Positions 37,371 to 47,886 of a stretch of 47,886 bases of DNA are shown piece by piece; positions within the stretch are counted from its first letter, which is position 1; each line of letters opens with the position of its first letter. Position numbers and translations under genes: made by a program. This DNA comes from Flavobacteriales bacterium. Lineage in GTDB: Bacteria; Bacteroidota; Bacteroidia; Flavobacteriales_F; PHOS-HE28. The stretch is from contig JBGATL010000018.1 in NCBI GenBank assembly GCA_044229215.1, positions 5,068 to 52,953 on the forward strand. The letters are read 5' to 3'. The notes under the pieces are model-generated. The model made no database searches and was not told where the DNA came from. It saw nothing but the letters and a program-made list of their open reading frames with translations.

Positions 37371-37892
37371 TTATCCGTTGAATACGCGTTCCAGTTTGAT
37401 GCCACGCTGGCGGGATACGGCGTTCGCATCGCGCATGCTCACCAGCGCCTCGATCGTGGCCTTCACCACGTTGTGCGGGTTGCTGCTGCCCTTGCTCTTG
37501 GCAAGCACATCGGTCACCCCCACGCTCTCCAGCACGGCACGCATGGCTCCACCAGCAATCACACCGGTACCGTGCGCCGCTGGCTTCAGGAACACCTGTG
37601 CCCCGGCGAACTTGCCCTCCTGCGGATGCGGGATGGTCCCTTTCAGTACGGGCACCTTCACCAGGTTCTTCTTCGCGTCGTCGATGCCTTTGGCTATGGC
37701 CTCCTGCACCTCCTTCGCTTTGCCCAGGCCATGGCCCACCACACCGTTCTCGTTCCCCACCACCACGATGGCGGCGAAGGTGAACGTGCGACCACCCTTG
37801 GTCACTTTGGTCACGCGGTTCAGGGCCACGAGCTTGTCCTTCAGCTCGAGATCGCTGCTCTTGACCTTCTTCGTATTCGTCGTTTCAGACAT
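37371..37892 (-). CDS. rpsE: 30S ribosomal protein S5
   Basis: [49 protein letters not shown]. Confidence 0.95.
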   Translation of the reverse strand: MSETTNTKKVKSSDLELKDKLVALNRVTKVTKGGRTFTFAAIVVVGNENGVVGHGLGKAKEVQEAIAKGIDDAKKNLVKVPVLKGTIPHPQEGKFAGAQVFLKPAAHGTGVIAGGAMRAVLESVGVTDVLAKSKGSSNPHNVVKATIEALVSMRDANAVSRQRGIKLERVFNG

Positions 37893-37905
37893 GTGTTCGG
37901 TGTGA

Positions 37906-38259
37906 TCAGAAATTGAGGCCTGCTTCGCGGGCTGCTTCGGCCAATGCTTTCACACGGCCATGGTAGAGGTATCCGTTGCGGTCGAAGACGACCTGCTCGA
38001 TGCCGGCGGCCTTCGCTTTCTCGGCGATGGCCGTACCCACGAGCTTCGCCTGCTCGATCTTGGGCACTCCGGTGGCCTTCTTGTCCTTCAGGCTCGAGGT
38101 GCTCACCAGCGTGCGGCCGGCCTCGTCGTCGATGATCTGGGCGTAGATGCCCGTGTTGCTGCGGAAGACCGACAGACGTGGACGTGCCGTGGTGCCCTGC
38201 ACCTTCTTGCGCACACGGGTCTTGATCTTCAGGCGGCGGTTGATGCGGTCGAATGCCAT
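37906..38259 (-). CDS. rplR: 50S ribosomal protein L18
   Basis: [29 protein letters not shown]...[28 protein letters not shown]. Confidence 0.95.
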   Translation of the reverse strand: MAFDRINRRLKIKTRVRKKVQGTTARPRLSVFRSNTGIYAQIIDDEAGRTLVSTSSLKDKKATGVPKIEQAKLVGTAIAEKAKAAGIEQVVFDRNGYLYHGRVKALAEAAREAGLNF

Positions 38260-38267
38260 GATCGTTC

Positions 38268-38822
38268 TTATTTACCGGCTGCTTTACCTGCCTTGCGACG
38301 CACCACTTCGCCCACGAAACGAACACCCTTGCCTTTGTACGGCTCCGGTTTGCGCAGGCTGCGCAGCTTGGCGGCCACCTGGCCGATGAGTTGTTTGTCC
38401 GCGCTCTCGAGGCGGATGACCGGGTTCTTTCCCTTCTCCTGGGCCGCGCTCACCTTGATCTGCGGGGGTAGGTCCAGAGTGACCGTGTGCGAGAAGCCCA
38501 GGGCGAGCTGCAACTGCTGGCCCTTGGTGGTGGCGCGGTAACCCACACCCACCAGCTCCTGCTCGATCACGAACCCTTCCGCAGCGCCCTTCACCATGTT
38601 GGCGATGAGCGCCCGGTACAGGCCATGCTTCGCGCGGTGCGGCTTGGCATCACTGGGACGCGATAACGTGATCTCCGTTCCCTCCTGCTTCAGGGTCAGG
38701 TCCGGATCCACGGCTTGCTCCAAGGTGCCCTTGGGACCCTTCACGGTCACCAGGTTCTTGTCGCTGATCGTCACCTGCACCCCTTTGGGTACCTCGATCG
38801 GTGCTTTTCCAATGCGTGACAT
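38268..38822 (-). CDS. rplF: 50S ribosomal protein L6
   Basis: [34 protein letters not shown]...GVGYRA...[10 protein letters not shown]. Confidence 0.95.
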   Translation of the reverse strand: MSRIGKAPIEVPKGVQVTISDKNLVTVKGPKGTLEQAVDPDLTLKQEGTEITLSRPSDAKPHRAKHGLYRALIANMVKGAAEGFVIEQELVGVGYRATTKGQQLQLALGFSHTVTLDLPPQIKVSAAQEKGKNPVIRLESADKQLIGQVAAKLRSLRKPEPYKGKGVRFVGEVVRRKAGKAAGK

Positions 38823-38835
38823 CGTTCTTCGGGTC

Positions 38836-39234
38836 TTAGCTCACGTAGCACAATACTTCACCCCCCACGTTCAGTGTGCGCGCCTCCTTGTCGGTGATCA
38901 CGCCCTTGCTGGTGGAGATGATGGCCACGCCGAGGCCGTTGAGCACGCGGGGAAGATCCTCCACGTGGGCGTATTTGCGCAGGCCCGGAGTGCTCACGCG
39001 GGTGAGTTCCTTGATGGCGCTCTGGCGCGTTCCTGCGTTGTACTTCAACGCGATCTTGATCAGGCCCTGTTTGCCGTCGTCCTCGATCTTCCAGGACAGG
39101 ATGTAGCCCTTGTCGTACAGGATGCGCGTGATGTCCTTCTTCAGGTTGCTCGCGGGAACCTCCACGACCTTCTTGCGGGCCAGGATGGCGTTGCGCAGGC
39201 GGGTCAGGTAATCGGCGATGGGATCGGTCGTCAT
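38836..39234 (-). CDS. rpsH: 30S ribosomal protein S8
   Basis: [45 protein letters not shown]...GGEVLCYVS. Confidence 0.95.
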   Translation of the reverse strand: MTTDPIADYLTRLRNAILARKKVVEVPASNLKKDITRILYDKGYILSWKIEDDGKQGLIKIALKYNAGTRQSAIKELTRVSTPGLRKYAHVEDLPRVLNGLGVAIISTSKGVITDKEARTLNVGGEVLCYVS

Positions 39235-39285
39235 GTCTTTTCTATTGTTGGTGCGCGGTGATCCGCGTCCTTAACGGTTGTTCTT

Positions 39286-39555
39286 CTACCAGCTGCCTTT
39301 GGTCACTCCGGGGATCTTGCCCTCAAGCGCCATCTGGCGGAACATGTTCCGGCTGATGCCGAACAAGCGCATGTAGCCACGGGGGCGGCCCGTGAGCTGG
39401 CAGCGGTTGTGCATACGCACCTTGCTGCCGTTCGCCGGGAGCTGCTGGAGCTTCTCCCATTCGCCCGCCTTCTTCAGCGCAGCGCGTTTGGCGGCGTACT
39501 TCTCCACCATCTTGGCGCGCTTGCGCTCACGGGCTTTCATCGATTCCTTGGCCAT
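39286..39555 (-). CDS. rpsN: 30S ribosomal protein S14
   Basis: [29 protein letters not shown]...[39 protein letters not shown]. Confidence 0.95.
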   Translation of the reverse strand: MAKESMKARERKRAKMVEKYAAKRAALKKAGEWEKLQQLPANGSKVRMHNRCQLTGRPRGYMRLFGISRNMFRQMALEGKIPGVTKGSW

Positions 39556-39599
39556 GGTTCTCTCTTTATCTTATTGATGGGTCGCGAAATTCCGCGCCC

Positions 39600-40160
39600 T
39601 TACTTCTTGTCCTTGTCCGCGAATGGGAATCCGAAGGCGGTCAACAGGGCTTTCGCCTCCTCATCGGTGGGGGCCGATGTCACGAAGGTGATGTCCATCC
39701 CCTGGATCTTGGTCACCTTGTCGATGTCGATCTCCGGGAAGATGATCTGCTCCTTCACGCCGAAGGTGAAGTTGCCGTTGCCATCGAACCCCTTGGGCGA
39801 TACACCACGGAAGTCACGCGTACGAGGCAGGCTCACCGCGATCAAACGGTCCAGGAACTCGTACATGCGGTCACCTCGCAGGGTCACCCGTGCGCCGATG
39901 GGCATGCCCTTCCGCAGTTTGAAGTTGCTCACGTCCTTGCGCGAAACCGTGGGCACGGCCTTCTGGCCAGCGATCGCCGTCATTTCCACGATGGCGTTCT
40001 CCACGATCTTCTTGTCGCCCACGGCACTGCCCAATCCCTGGTTCAGGTTGATCTTGGTGATCCTGGGCACCTGCATGGCGCTGGTGTAACCGAACTCCTT
40101 CTTCAGGGACGGTGCCACCTCGTTCTTGTATTTGGCACGAAGCCGGGGTACGTAGCTCAT
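39600..40160 (-). CDS. rplE: 50S ribosomal protein L5
   Basis: [40 protein letters not shown]...[30 protein letters not shown]. Confidence 0.95.
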   Translation of the reverse strand: MSYVPRLRAKYKNEVAPSLKKEFGYTSAMQVPRITKINLNQGLGSAVGDKKIVENAIVEMTAIAGQKAVPTVSRKDVSNFKLRKGMPIGARVTLRGDRMYEFLDRLIAVSLPRTRDFRGVSPKGFDGNGNFTFGVKEQIIFPEIDIDKVTKIQGMDITFVTSAPTDEEAKALLTAFGFPFADKDKK

Positions 40161-40166
40161 GACTTC

Positions 40167-40490
40167 TTACTTGGCTGCCTTTTTCTTGGACTTCACGTAG
40201 CGCTCCAGCTTTCCTTCCTTGTCGGCCTTGCGACCCACGCGGCCCGGCGTGCCGGTCTTCGCGTCGATCAGCATGAGGTTGCTGATATGGATGGCACCCT
40301 CCTTCTCCACGATGCCGCCCTGGGGGTTGGCCGTGGTGGGTTTGCTGTGCTTCTTGTTGATGTTGAGGCCCTCGACGACGGCACGCATGTTCACGCGGTC
40401 CACTTCGAGCACGCGACCCTGCTTGGTGCGCTCCTCACCGGCGAGCACCTTCACCATGTCGCCTTTCTTGATGTGTGTCTTCTTCAGCAT
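40167..40490 (-). CDS. rplX: 50S ribosomal protein L24
   Basis: HIKKGDMVKVLAGEERTKQGRVLEVDRVNMRAVVEGLNINKKHSKP (KOW motif). Confidence 0.95.
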   Translation of the reverse strand: MLKKTHIKKGDMVKVLAGEERTKQGRVLEVDRVNMRAVVEGLNINKKHSKPTTANPQGGIVEKEGAIHISNLMLIDAKTGTPGRVGRKADKEGKLERYVKSKKKAAK

Positions 40491-40493
40491 GGC

Positions 40494-40862
40494 TCAGAGT
40501 ACTTCGGGGGCCAGGGAGATGATCTTCATGAACTTCTTCTCGCGCAGCTCCTTGGCCACGGGTCCGAAGATGCGGGTGCCCTTCATTTCGCCGGCGGCAT
40601 CGAGCAGCACCACGGCGTTGTCGTCGAACCGGATGTAACTCCCGTCCTTGCGGCGGGTCTCCTTCCTGGTGCGCACGACCACCGCCTTATGCACGGTGCC
40701 CTTCTTGGCGCCACCGTTGGGCAGTGCGTCCTTGATGCTCACCACGATGGTGTCACCGATGCGTGCATAGCGGCGGGCGGTGCCACCCAGCACACGGATG
40801 CAGAGCACCTCCTTGGCGCCGCTGTTATCGGCCACGTTCAGCCTGGATTCCTGTTGGATCAT
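40494..40862 (-). CDS. rplN: 50S ribosomal protein L14
   Basis: [27 protein letters not shown]...[10 protein letters not shown]...[13 protein letters not shown]. Confidence 0.95.
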   Translation of the reverse strand: MIQQESRLNVADNSGAKEVLCIRVLGGTARRYARIGDTIVVSIKDALPNGGAKKGTVHKAVVVRTRKETRRKDGSYIRFDDNAVVLLDAAGEMKGTRIFGPVAKELREKKFMKIISLAPEVL

Positions 40863-40877
40863 CGCTTGGTCGGGTGT

Positions 40878-41153
40878 TTACTTGGCACGTTCCATGATCT
40901 CCACCAGGCGCCAGCGTTTCTGCTTGCTCACCGGGCGTGTTTCCATGATCCGCACGGTGTCGCCGATGTGGGCCTCGCCCTTCTCATCGTGCGCCATGAA
41001 TTTGCTCGTGCGCTTCACGAACTTCTGGTACTTCGGGTGCATCACCCGGCGCTCCACGGTCACGGTGATGCTCTTGCTCATCTTGTCGCTGGTAACGATG
41101 CCGATACGCTCCTTGCGCAGGCTACGCTCAACGGTGGTCGCGGTGGTGCTCAT
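40878..41153 (-). CDS. rpsQ: 30S ribosomal protein S17
   Basis: [45 protein letters not shown]...[13 protein letters not shown]. Confidence 0.95.
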   Translation of the reverse strand: MSTTATTVERSLRKERIGIVTSDKMSKSITVTVERRVMHPKYQKFVKRTSKFMAHDEKGEAHIGDTVRIMETRPVSKQKRWRLVEIMERAK

Positions 41154-41359
41154 TTCGTTGTCTTGTTGGCGAGTTCACGCATGCGGAGCTCGGTAAGGAT
41201 CCGGGCCACCTCCTTGCGTTTGGTGCGTAGTTGCACCGGGCTTTCGATCGGGCTCACGGTATGCGCGAAGCGCAATTTCGTCAGCGAGGTGCGCTCCTCC
41301 TGGAGCTTGTCCTTCAACTCCACCTCCGTGAGGCCCTTCAGGTCGGTTCTCTTCTTCAT
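41150..41359 (-). CDS. rpmC: 50S ribosomal protein L29
   Basis: [51 protein letters not shown]. The ORF overlaps the rpsQ start by 4 nt. Confidence 0.93.
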   Translation of the reverse strand: MKKRTDLKGLTEVELKDKLQEERTSLTKLRFAHTVSPIESPVQLRTKRKEVARILTELRMRELANKTTK

Positions 41360-41368
41360 GACGCTCTC

Positions 41369-41791
41369 TTATTGGCCGTCGTAATCTTCACGAACAACGA
41401 ACTTGGTCGGGATCGGCAGCTTCTGTCCGGCCAGGCGCAGGGCCTCCTTCGCCGTGGCGGTGGGTACCCCGTCCACCTCGAAGATGATCCGGCCGGCGTG
41501 GCACACGGCCACCCAATGGTCCAGGGAACCCTTACCCTTACCCATACGCACCTCGGCGGGTTTGCTGGTCACAGGCTTATCGGGGAACACCTTGATCCAC
41601 ACCTGGCCTTCACGCTTCATGTGGCGGGTGAGGGCCACACGGGCCGATTCGATCTGCCGGCTGGTGAGCCATACGCTCTCCATGGCCTTGAGGCCGAAGG
41701 ATCCCAGGGCTACGCGGTGTCCGCGCTGGGCCTGCCCCTTCATGCGGCCCTTGTGCATATTGCGGCGCTTGCTGCGCTTCGGTTGCAACAT
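41369..41791 (-). CDS. rplP: 50S ribosomal protein L16
   Basis: [36 protein letters not shown]...[15 protein letters not shown]. Confidence 0.95.
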   Translation of the reverse strand: MLQPKRSKRRNMHKGRMKGQAQRGHRVALGSFGLKAMESVWLTSRQIESARVALTRHMKREGQVWIKVFPDKPVTSKPAEVRMGKGKGSLDHWVAVCHAGRIIFEVDGVPTATAKEALRLAGQKLPIPTKFVVREDYDGQ

Positions 41792-41796
41792 GGCTC

Positions 41797-42645
41797 TTAG
41801 CTGTTACGGTTATTTCCACCACGACCACCAGCGGCCGGGCCTCGACGTTCTCCTCCTCCAGGACCACGGCGATCGAAGCCGCCGCCTCCGCGACGCTCGC
41901 CGCCGCGATCACCACCCGGACCGCGACGATCGCCGCCACGACGTTCCGGACGATCACCGCCCATGCGCCCACCCGGTGCGGTGGTCTTGGCCTGGCCCTG
42001 GTTGGGGCTCAGGTCGCGCTTTCCATACACCTCGCCGCGCATGATCCAGCACTTCACCCCGATGCGACCCATCTTGGTGTGCGCCTCGGTGATGGCGAAG
42101 TCGATGTCGGCTCGCAGGGTGTGCAACGGCACACGGCCATCGCGGTATTTCTCCACACGGGCGATCTCGGCGCCGTTCAAGCGGCCGCTCACCTGCAACT
42201 TGATCCCTTCGGCGCCCATGCGCATGGTGCTCGCCATGGCCATTTTCATGGCACGACGGAAGCTGATGCGGCCCTCCAACTGACGGGCGATGCTGTCGGC
42301 CACCAGGCGGGCATCCAGTTCGGGACGCTTGATCTCGAAGATGTTGATCTGGACATCCTTGCCCGTGAGCTTCTTGAGCTCCTCGCGCAGTTTGTCCACC
42401 TCGGCGCCGCCCTTGCCGATGATCACGCCGGGGCGGGCGGTGTTGATCGTCACGGTCACCAGCTTCAGGGTGCGCTCGATCAGGATCTTGGCCACGCTCG
42501 CCTTCTTCAGACGGGCCATGAGGTAGGCGCGGATCTGCTCGTCCTCGACCAACTTGTCCGTGTAATTCTTGCCGCCGTACCAGTTGCTGTCCCAGCCTTT
42601 GATGAAGCCCAGGCGCTGGCCGATCGGGTGTGCTTTCTGTCCCAT
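41797..42645 (-). CDS. rpsC: 30S ribosomal protein S3 with a ~58-aa Arg/Gly-rich C-terminal tail
   Basis: [24 protein letters not shown]..., the KH domain [18 protein letters not shown], and the tail [58 protein letters not shown]. Confidence 0.95.
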   Translation of the reverse strand: MGQKAHPIGQRLGFIKGWDSNWYGGKNYTDKLVEDEQIRAYLMARLKKASVAKILIERTLKLVTVTINTARPGVIIGKGGAEVDKLREELKKLTGKDVQINIFEIKRPELDARLVADSIARQLEGRISFRRAMKMAMASTMRMGAEGIKLQVSGRLNGAEIARVEKYRDGRVPLHTLRADIDFAITEAHTKMGRIGVKCWIMRGEVYGKRDLSPNQGQAKTTAPGGRMGGDRPERRGGDRRGPGGDRGGERRGGGGFDRRGPGGGERRGPAAGGRGGNNRNS

Positions 42646-42661
42646 GGTAGTTGTTCTCGGC

Positions 42662-43060
42662 TTACGCTTCTTTGGTATCGACGATGAGGCTCACGTGGTT
42701 GCTACGCTTCTTCATGCGGTAAGCGCGACCCTGCGGAGCCGGAAGCATGCGCTTCAGGCCACGGGCCTCGTTCACCTGCACGCTCTTCACGAACAGCCCG
42801 GCCTCGTCGGCCTTCTGCCCTTCGTTCTTGGCCTGCCAGTTGCTCACGGCGCTCAGCAGCAATTTCTCCAGGTCGCGGCTGCTGTGGCGGGTGCTGAAGC
42901 GGAGGATGCCCAGGGCCTTCTCCACTTGCTCGCCGCGGATCAGGTCGGCGACCTGGCGCATGCGGCGCGTGCTGGTGGGCACGTTGCGCAGGTGCGCGAC
43001 GGCCACGTTCTTCATGGCCTCCTTGCGGGCCACGGCGGCGAGGTGCTTACGCTGTCCCAT
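42662..43060 (-). CDS. rplV: 50S ribosomal protein L22
   Basis: [35 protein letters not shown]...[17 protein letters not shown]. Confidence 0.95.
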   Translation of the reverse strand: MGQRKHLAAVARKEAMKNVAVAHLRNVPTSTRRMRQVADLIRGEQVEKALGILRFSTRHSSRDLEKLLLSAVSNWQAKNEGQKADEAGLFVKSVQVNEARGLKRMLPAPQGRAYRMKKRSNHVSLIVDTKEA

Positions 43061-43062
43061 GA

Positions 43063-43332
43063 TCAGTTGCTCTTATTGCCGCTGTGTCCGCGGAAGGTGC
43101 GCGTCGGGGCGAACTCGCCCAGCTTGTGGCCCACCATGTTCTCGGTCACGTACACGGGGATGAACTTGTTGCCGTTGTGCACCGCGAGCGTCAGGCCGAC
43201 GAACTCGGGCGTGATGGTGCTGGAGCGCGACCAGGTCTTCAGTACGGCCTTCTTGCCGGACTTCTGCATGTCGGTGACGCGCTTCGCCAGCTTGTAGTGG
43301 ACGAACGGCGGTTTCTTGAGGGAGCGGCTCAT
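43063..43332 (-). CDS. rpsS: 30S ribosomal protein S19
   Basis: [19 protein letters not shown]...[51 protein letters not shown]. Confidence 0.95.
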   Translation of the reverse strand: MSRSLKKPPFVHYKLAKRVTDMQKSGKKAVLKTWSRSSTITPEFVGLTLAVHNGNKFIPVYVTENMVGHKLGEFAPTRTFRGHSGNKSN

Positions 43333-43341
43333 GACTGGCTA

Positions 43342-44184
43342 TCAGATCGATGCGGCCTTGCTGTTGCGGCGCGCGATGATGAACTTGCTCGTGGTGCGCT
43401 TGGGGTGGCGCGTCTTCTTGCCCTTGGCAAGGAGGCCCTTGCGGCTGCGGGGGTGACCGCCGGAGGCGCGTCCCTCACCACCGCCCATGGGGTGGTCCAC
43501 CGGGTTCATGGCCACGGCACGGGTGCGGGGGCGACGACCCTGCCAGCGGCTGCGACCGGCCTTGCCGCTCTTCTGCAGCATGTGCTCGGCGTTGCCCACG
43601 GTGCCCACGGTGGCCAGGCAGCTGGTCAGTACCATGCGCAGTTCGCCACTGGGCATCTTCAGGGTGGCGTAGCGGCCTTCGCGGGCGTTCAGCTGCGCGA
43701 ACGTCCCGGCGCTGCGCGCCAACGCGCCGCCCTTGCCGGGTTGCAGTTCGATGTTGTGCACCAGGGTGCCGAGGGGGATCTCGCCGAGCGGGAGGGTATT
43801 GCCTACTTCGGGGGCCACGTCCTTCAGGCCGCTCATGAGCTTCTGGCCCACCTTCAGCCCGTTCGGTGCGAGGATGTAGCGCTTCTCGCCGTCCGCGTAA
43901 TGCAGCAAGGCGATCCGGGCACTGCGGTTAGGATCGTACTCGATCGTGGCCACCGTGGCTGCGATGCCGTGCTTGTTGCGCTTGAAATCGATGGCACGGT
44001 AGCGCTGCTTGTGGCCACCGCCGATGTAGCGCATGGTCATCTTGCCCTGGTTGTTCCGGCCGCCGCTCTTGTTGCGGCCGGTGGTCAGGCTGCGCTCGGG
44101 CACCCGCGTGGTGATCCCTTCGTAATCGGAGATGATCGCGTGGCGGGTTCCGGGTGTGACCGGGTTGAACTTGCGTACGCCCAT
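43342..44184 (-). CDS. rplB: 50S ribosomal protein L2
   Basis: [18 protein letters not shown]...[15 protein letters not shown]...[24 protein letters not shown]. Confidence 0.95.
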   Translation of the reverse strand: MGVRKFNPVTPGTRHAIISDYEGITTRVPERSLTTGRNKSGGRNNQGKMTMRYIGGGHKQRYRAIDFKRNKHGIAATVATIEYDPNRSARIALLHYADGEKRYILAPNGLKVGQKLMSGLKDVAPEVGNTLPLGEIPLGTLVHNIELQPGKGGALARSAGTFAQLNAREGRYATLKMPSGELRMVLTSCLATVGTVGNAEHMLQKSGKAGRSRWQGRRPRTRAVAMNPVDHPMGGGEGRASGGHPRSRKGLLAKGKKTRHPKRTTSKFIIARRNSKAASI

Positions 44185-44198
44185 GGCTGTCTAGTGGA

Positions 44199-44501
44199 TC
44201 AGATGCTGCTGTACAGGTCGATGGATTCGCCGGCCTTCACGGTCACCACGGCCTTCTTGTAGGCACTGGAGGATCCGCGGAGGATGTTGTTCTTCGTGTA
44301 GCGGGTCTTGTTCTTCCCGCGAACGATCATGGTGCGCACGGCGGTCACGGTGACCCCGTATTCCTTCTCCACGGCCTGCTTGATCTGGATCTTGTTGCTC
44401 TTGCGATCCACCACGAAGCCGTAGCGGCCCATTTTCTCGCCTTGTGCCGTCATCTTTTCGGTGACGATGGGGCGGATCAGGATGTCATGCAGCTTCTTCA
44501 T
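44199..44501 (-). CDS. rplW: 50S ribosomal protein L23
   Basis: ILIRPIVTEKMTAQGEKMGRYGFVVDRKSNKIQIKQAVEKEYGVTVTAVRTM. Confidence 0.93.
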   Translation of the reverse strand: MKKLHDILIRPIVTEKMTAQGEKMGRYGFVVDRKSNKIQIKQAVEKEYGVTVTAVRTMIVRGKNKTRYTKNNILRGSSSAYKKAVVTVKAGESIDLYSSI

Positions 44502-45127
44502 GCCGTGAGGGTGTTCTCCAGTGCGGCGATCGCCTCCTTGGCGATCAATACACCGTTGGCGTTCATGATGTCGTAGGTGTTCACCTCGGTGGCGTTCACC
44601 ACGCGGGCACCCTGGATGTTCCGGGCGCTGAGCTTGGCGTTGCGGTCGTTGCCCGACAGCACCACCAGCGCCTTGCGGTCGTTCAGGCGGAAGGCCTTGA
44701 GGATCGCGGCGAACTCCTTGGTCCTGGGTGCGGAAAGGGCCACGCCATCGAGCACGGTGATGGCGCCGTCCTTGGCCTTGTAGGTGAGGGCGCTGCGGCG
44801 GGCGAGGTCCTTCACCTTCTTGTTCAGCTTGAAGGAGTGATCGCGCGGCTGCGGGCCGAACACCCGGGCGCCACCCTTGTACAGCGGGCTCTTGATGGAG
44901 CCTTTGCGGCTGCCACCCGTGCCTTTCTGGCGGTGCAGCTTCTTCGTGCTGCCGCTCACCTCGCTCTTCTCCAGGGTCTTGGCGGTGCCTTGACGCTTGT
45001 TCGCCAGATGCTGCTTCACATCGAGCCAGATCGCGTGATCATTGGGTTCGATCGCGAACACGACATCGCTGAGGCGGGCTTTCTTGCCCGTGCCCTTGCC
45101 GTCGGTGGTGTGGATCTCGAGTTCCAT
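44498..45127 (-). CDS. rplD: 50S ribosomal protein L4
   Basis: VKQHLANKRQGTAKTLEKSEVSGSTKKLHRQKGTGGSRKGSIKSPLYKGGARVFGPQPRDHSFKLNKK. Confidence 0.95.
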   Translation of the reverse strand: MELEIHTTDGKGTGKKARLSDVVFAIEPNDHAIWLDVKQHLANKRQGTAKTLEKSEVSGSTKKLHRQKGTGGSRKGSIKSPLYKGGARVFGPQPRDHSFKLNKKVKDLARRSALTYKAKDGAITVLDGVALSAPRTKEFAAILKAFRLNDRKALVVLSGNDRNAKLSARNIQGARVVNATEVNTYDIMNANGVLIAKEAIAALENTLTA

Positions 45128-45128
45128 C

Positions 45129-45746
45129 TTATTTCCAGATGATCACGTAGCTGTTCACCGCGCCGGGTACCGAGCCACGCAGCATGATCAGGTTGCGTTC
45201 CTTGTCCACACGCACCACCTTCAGGTTCTCCGTGGTGATCTTGTCCCCGCCGGTGCGGCCGGCCATGCGCATGCCTTTGAACACACGCGAGGGATAGGAG
45301 GAACCGCCCAGGGAACCGGGGGCCCGTGTACGGTCGTGCTGGCCGTGGGTGGCCTCGCCCACACCGCTGAAGCCGTGCCGCTTCACCACGCCCTGGAAGC
45401 CCTTGCCTTTGCTGGTGCCGGTCACCGTCACGAAACTGCCCTCTTCGAAGAGGTCCAGCCCCACGGTATCGCCGAGCTTCAGCTCGCTCTCGAACTCCTT
45501 GAACTCGTGGCTCTTCACCTTCGGGGTGGTGCCGGCCTTCTTGAAATGGCCGATTTCCGCTTTCGGGGTGCTCTTCTCGCGCCGCTCGCCGTAGCTGAGT
45601 TGAACGGCCGAATAGCCGTCCTTGGTCGCATCCTTCACGTGGCTCACCACGTTGGGTGCCGCCTCGATCACGGTGCAGCCCACAAGGCTGCCATCCTTGT
45701 CGTAAAGGCTGGTCATCCCGATCTTCTTGCCGATCAATCCGCTCAT
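45129..45746 (-). CDS. rplC: 50S ribosomal protein L3
   Basis: [29 protein letters not shown]...[20 protein letters not shown]...[11 protein letters not shown]. Confidence 0.95.
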   Translation of the reverse strand: MSGLIGKKIGMTSLYDKDGSLVGCTVIEAAPNVVSHVKDATKDGYSAVQLSYGERREKSTPKAEIGHFKKAGTTPKVKSHEFKEFESELKLGDTVGLDLFEEGSFVTVTGTSKGKGFQGVVKRHGFSGVGEATHGQHDRTRAPGSLGGSSYPSRVFKGMRMAGRTGGDKITTENLKVVRVDKERNLIMLRGSVPGAVNSYVIIWK

Positions 45747-45765
45747 GGCTCTGTGGTGCTATCGG

Positions 45766-46071
45766 TCAGACTTTGATCTCCACGTCCACGCCGCTGGGGA
45801 GCTCCAGTTTCATGAGGGCGTCGATGGTCTTGCTGCTGCTGCTGTAGATGTCCATCAGGCGCTTGTAGCTGCACAGTTGGAACTGCTCGCGTGCTTTCTT
45901 GTTCACGTGCGGGGAACGGAGCACTGTGAAAATGCGCTTGTGCGTGGGCAGGGGAATGGGTCCGCTCACGACAGCGCCCGTGCTCTTCACCGTCTTCACG
46001 ATCTTCTCGGCGCTCTTGTCGACGAGGTTGTGATCGTACGACCGCAGCTTGATCCTGATCTTTTGGGTCAT
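45766..46071 (-). CDS. rpsJ: 30S ribosomal protein S10
   Basis: [64 protein letters not shown], from ATG 46071. The ORF-track start 46104 is rejected. Confidence 0.95.
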   Translation of the reverse strand: MTQKIRIKLRSYDHNLVDKSAEKIVKTVKSTGAVVSGPIPLPTHKRIFTVLRSPHVNKKAREQFQLCSYKRLMDIYSSSSKTIDALMKLELPSGVDVEIKV

Positions 46072-46084
46072 CGCTCGTTGCGGG

Positions 46085-47886
46085 TTAGGCTGAAACTTTA
46101 CCACGCACCTTGGCCAGGACGGCTTCGGTCACGTTGTTGGGTGCAGGTACATAATGACTGAACTCCATGGTGCTGCTGGCGCGGCCAGAGCTCATGGTGC
46201 GCAGGGAGGTCACATAACCGAACATCTCGCTCAAAGGCACCGTGCCCTTGATGGCCTTCGCGCCGGCACGGTCTTCCATGCCAACGATGGTGCCCCGACG
46301 ACGGTTGAGGTCGCCAACGATATCGCCCATGTTCTCTTCCGGCGTGATCACCTCGATCTTCATGATCGGTTCGAGCAGCACGGGTTTGCACTTGGGGATC
46401 GCATTGCGGAAGGCGGCCTTCGCGCAGATCTCGAAGCTCAATGCATCGGAGTCCACGTTGTGGAACGAACCGTCGTACAGCGTCACTTTCAAGCTCTCCA
46501 TGGGGAAGCCTGCGAGCACGCCGTTCTTCAACGAGGCCTCGAAGCCCTTCGAAACAGGTGAGATGAATTCCTTCGGGATGGAACCACCCTTGATCTCGTC
46601 GATGAACTCCAGGCCGGTCTTCGCAGGATCCGTCTGTGGCTCGATGCGCACATGGATGTCAGCGAACTTACCGCGACCACCCGTCTGCTTCTTGTAAAGC
46701 TCGCGGTGTTCAACGGACCCACTGATGGCCTCCTTGTACTTCACCTGGGGTGCCCCTTGATTGCACTCCACCTTGAACTCGCGCTTCATGCGGTCCACGA
46801 GGATCTCCAAGTGGAGTTCGCCCATGCCGCTGATCACGGTCTGTCCGGTGTCTTCGTCGGTGTGCACTTTGAAGGTGGGATCCTCCTCGGCCAGTTTGGC
46901 CAGGGCAGCACCCATCTTGTCCAGATCCGCCTGGGTCTTGGGCTCCACAGCGATGCCGATCACCGGCTCGGGGAAGCTCATGCTCTCGAGAATGATCGGA
47001 TGGTCTTCCGCGCACAGCGTGTCGCCGGTACGGATGTCCTTGAAACCAACGGCTGCACCAATGTCACCTGCCTCGATACGCTCCACCGGGTTCTGCTTGT
47101 TGGAGTGCATCTGGAAGATGCGGCTGATGCGCTCCTTCTTGTCGCTTCGGGTATTGAGCACGTAGCTGCCAGCCTCCAACACACCACTGTAGGCGCGGAA
47201 GAAGGCCAGGCGACCCACGAATGGATCGGTCGCGATCTTGAAGGCAAGACCAGCGAACGGCTCTGAAGGGTCGGGGTGACGCTCGATCTCGGCATCCGTG
47301 CGGGGATCGATACCGATCACCGCTTCGAGGTCCATTGGGCTGGGCAGGTAAGCCATCACCGCATCGAGCATGGTCTGGACGCCCTTGTTCTTGAAGGCGC
47401 TGCCACACAGGATCGGCGTGATGCTCATGTTTATCGTGCTCTTGCGCACGGCCTCCATCACCTCGGCCTCCGTCAAGCTATCGGGGTCGGCGAAATACTT
47501 CTCCATCAACTTGTCGTCGCTTTCGGCAACGGCTTCGATGAGCTTGTCGCGCCACTCCTTCACGGTATCCTTCAGGTCCTCGGGAATGGGAACTTCCTTC
47601 CAGGTCATGCCCTGGTCGGATTCGTTCCACACCATGCCGCGGTTGTTGATCAGGTCGACAACACCTAGGAAGTCGGCTTCAGCACCGATAGGTACCTGCA
47701 ACGGCACCGGGTTCGCACCGAGCCGCTCGCGGATCTGCGCAACCACATTGAAGAAGTCGGCACCGCTGCGGTCCATCTTGTTGACGAAACCGATGCGGGG
47801 CACCTTGTACTTGTTGGCCTGGCGCCACACCGTCTCGCTCTGGGGCTCCACGCCGCCAACAGCACAGAACAATGCAACGGCGCCAT
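46085..47886 (-). CDS. fusA: Elongation factor G (partial; N-terminal ~100 aa outside window)
   Basis: The frame stays open to the window edge (..[40 protein letters not shown]...). The 'M' at 47872 in the ORF track is an internal TTG. EF-G domains II-V are recognisable through to ...[11 protein letters not shown]. Confidence 0.95.
   Translation of the reverse strand, partial: GAVALFCAVGGVEPQSETVWRQANKYKVPRIGFVNKMDRSGADFFNVVAQIRERLGANPVPLQVPIGAEADFLGVVDLINNRGMVWNESDQGMTWKEVPIPEDLKDTVKEWRDKLIEAVAESDDKLMEKYFADPDSLTEAEVMEAVRKSTINMSITPILCGSAFKNKGVQTMLDAVMAYLPSPMDLEAVIGIDPRTDAEIERHPDPSEPFAGLAFKIATDPFVGRLAFFRAYSGVLEAGSYVLNTRSDKKERISRIFQMHSNKQNPVERIEAGDIGAAVGFKDIRTGDTLCAEDHPIILESMSFPEPVIGIAVEPKTQADLDKMGAALAKLAEEDPTFKVHTDEDTGQTVISGMGELHLEILVDRMKREFKVECNQGAPQVKYKEAISGSVEHRELYKKQTGGRGKFADIHVRIEPQTDPAKTGLEFIDEIKGGSIPKEFISPVSKGFEASLKNGVLAGFPMESLKVTLYDGSFHNVDSDALSFEICAKAAFRNAIPKCKPVLLEPIMKIEVITPEENMGDIVGDLNRRRGTIVGMEDRAGAKAIKGTVPLSEMFGYVTSLRTMSSGRASSTMEFSHYVPAPNNVTEAVLAKVRGKVSA

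Noticed and set aside
43084-44262. 392-aa plus-strand ORF. Similar long plus-strand ORFs lie at 31449-32807, 35418-36842, 40287-41384 and 45042-45776.
   Set aside because: All of them run antisense through unmistakable ribosomal protein, secY or rpoA genes. They have Ala/Gly/His/Leu-rich artefact composition and no recognisable motifs.

Overview
This is a high-GC chromosomal window of Bacteroidota type. The evidence is T9SS type-A and type-B sorting domains, a PorP/SprF gene, SprB-type repeats, and a Bacteroidota-style S10-spc-alpha ribosomal cluster followed by carA and eno. I found no rRNA, tRNA or CRISPR.

Left half (1-25 kb), a cell-surface/accessory region:
- An OMP C-terminal fragment, a YkuD L,D-transpeptidase, a GWxTD protein and an RlmB-like methyltransferase.
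- A roughly 2,790-aa adhesin with 28 SprB-type repeats. It is split into two ORFs inside repeat 23.
- A PorP/SprF gene and then a TPR/PD40/OmpA lipoprotein follow the adhesin, each joined to the gene before it by overlapping stop and start codons.
- A conserved 511-aa all-alpha protein of unknown function.
- A decayed IS66-family transposase remnant with two IS66-like terminal repeats.
- A lower-GC segment carrying a tightly overlapped minus-strand operon: a SprB-repeat/tail-fibre-like protein, an S8 T9SS peptidase and a small beta-barrel protein.
- An M1 metallopeptidase whose T9SS C-terminal domain (CTD) lies out of frame.

Right half (25-47.9 kb), housekeeping:
- An LTA-synthase-family transferase, eno, carA, a membrane protein and a dodecin.
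- An uninterrupted minus-strand block running from fusA (partial) through rpsJ to rplQ. It includes secY, map, infA, rpmJ and rpoA.

Most notable: three of the four secreted or T9SS cargo genes are broken exactly at their targeting signals.
- The adhesin is cut off from its type-B CTD.
- A G10 tract sits inside the signal peptide of the tail-fibre-like gene.
- A 1-nt frameshift lies in front of the M1 peptidase CTD.
This is either real inactivation or phase variation, or it is assembly/homopolymer error. I cannot tell which from the sequence alone.

Many long ORFs antisense to the real genes are high-GC artefacts.
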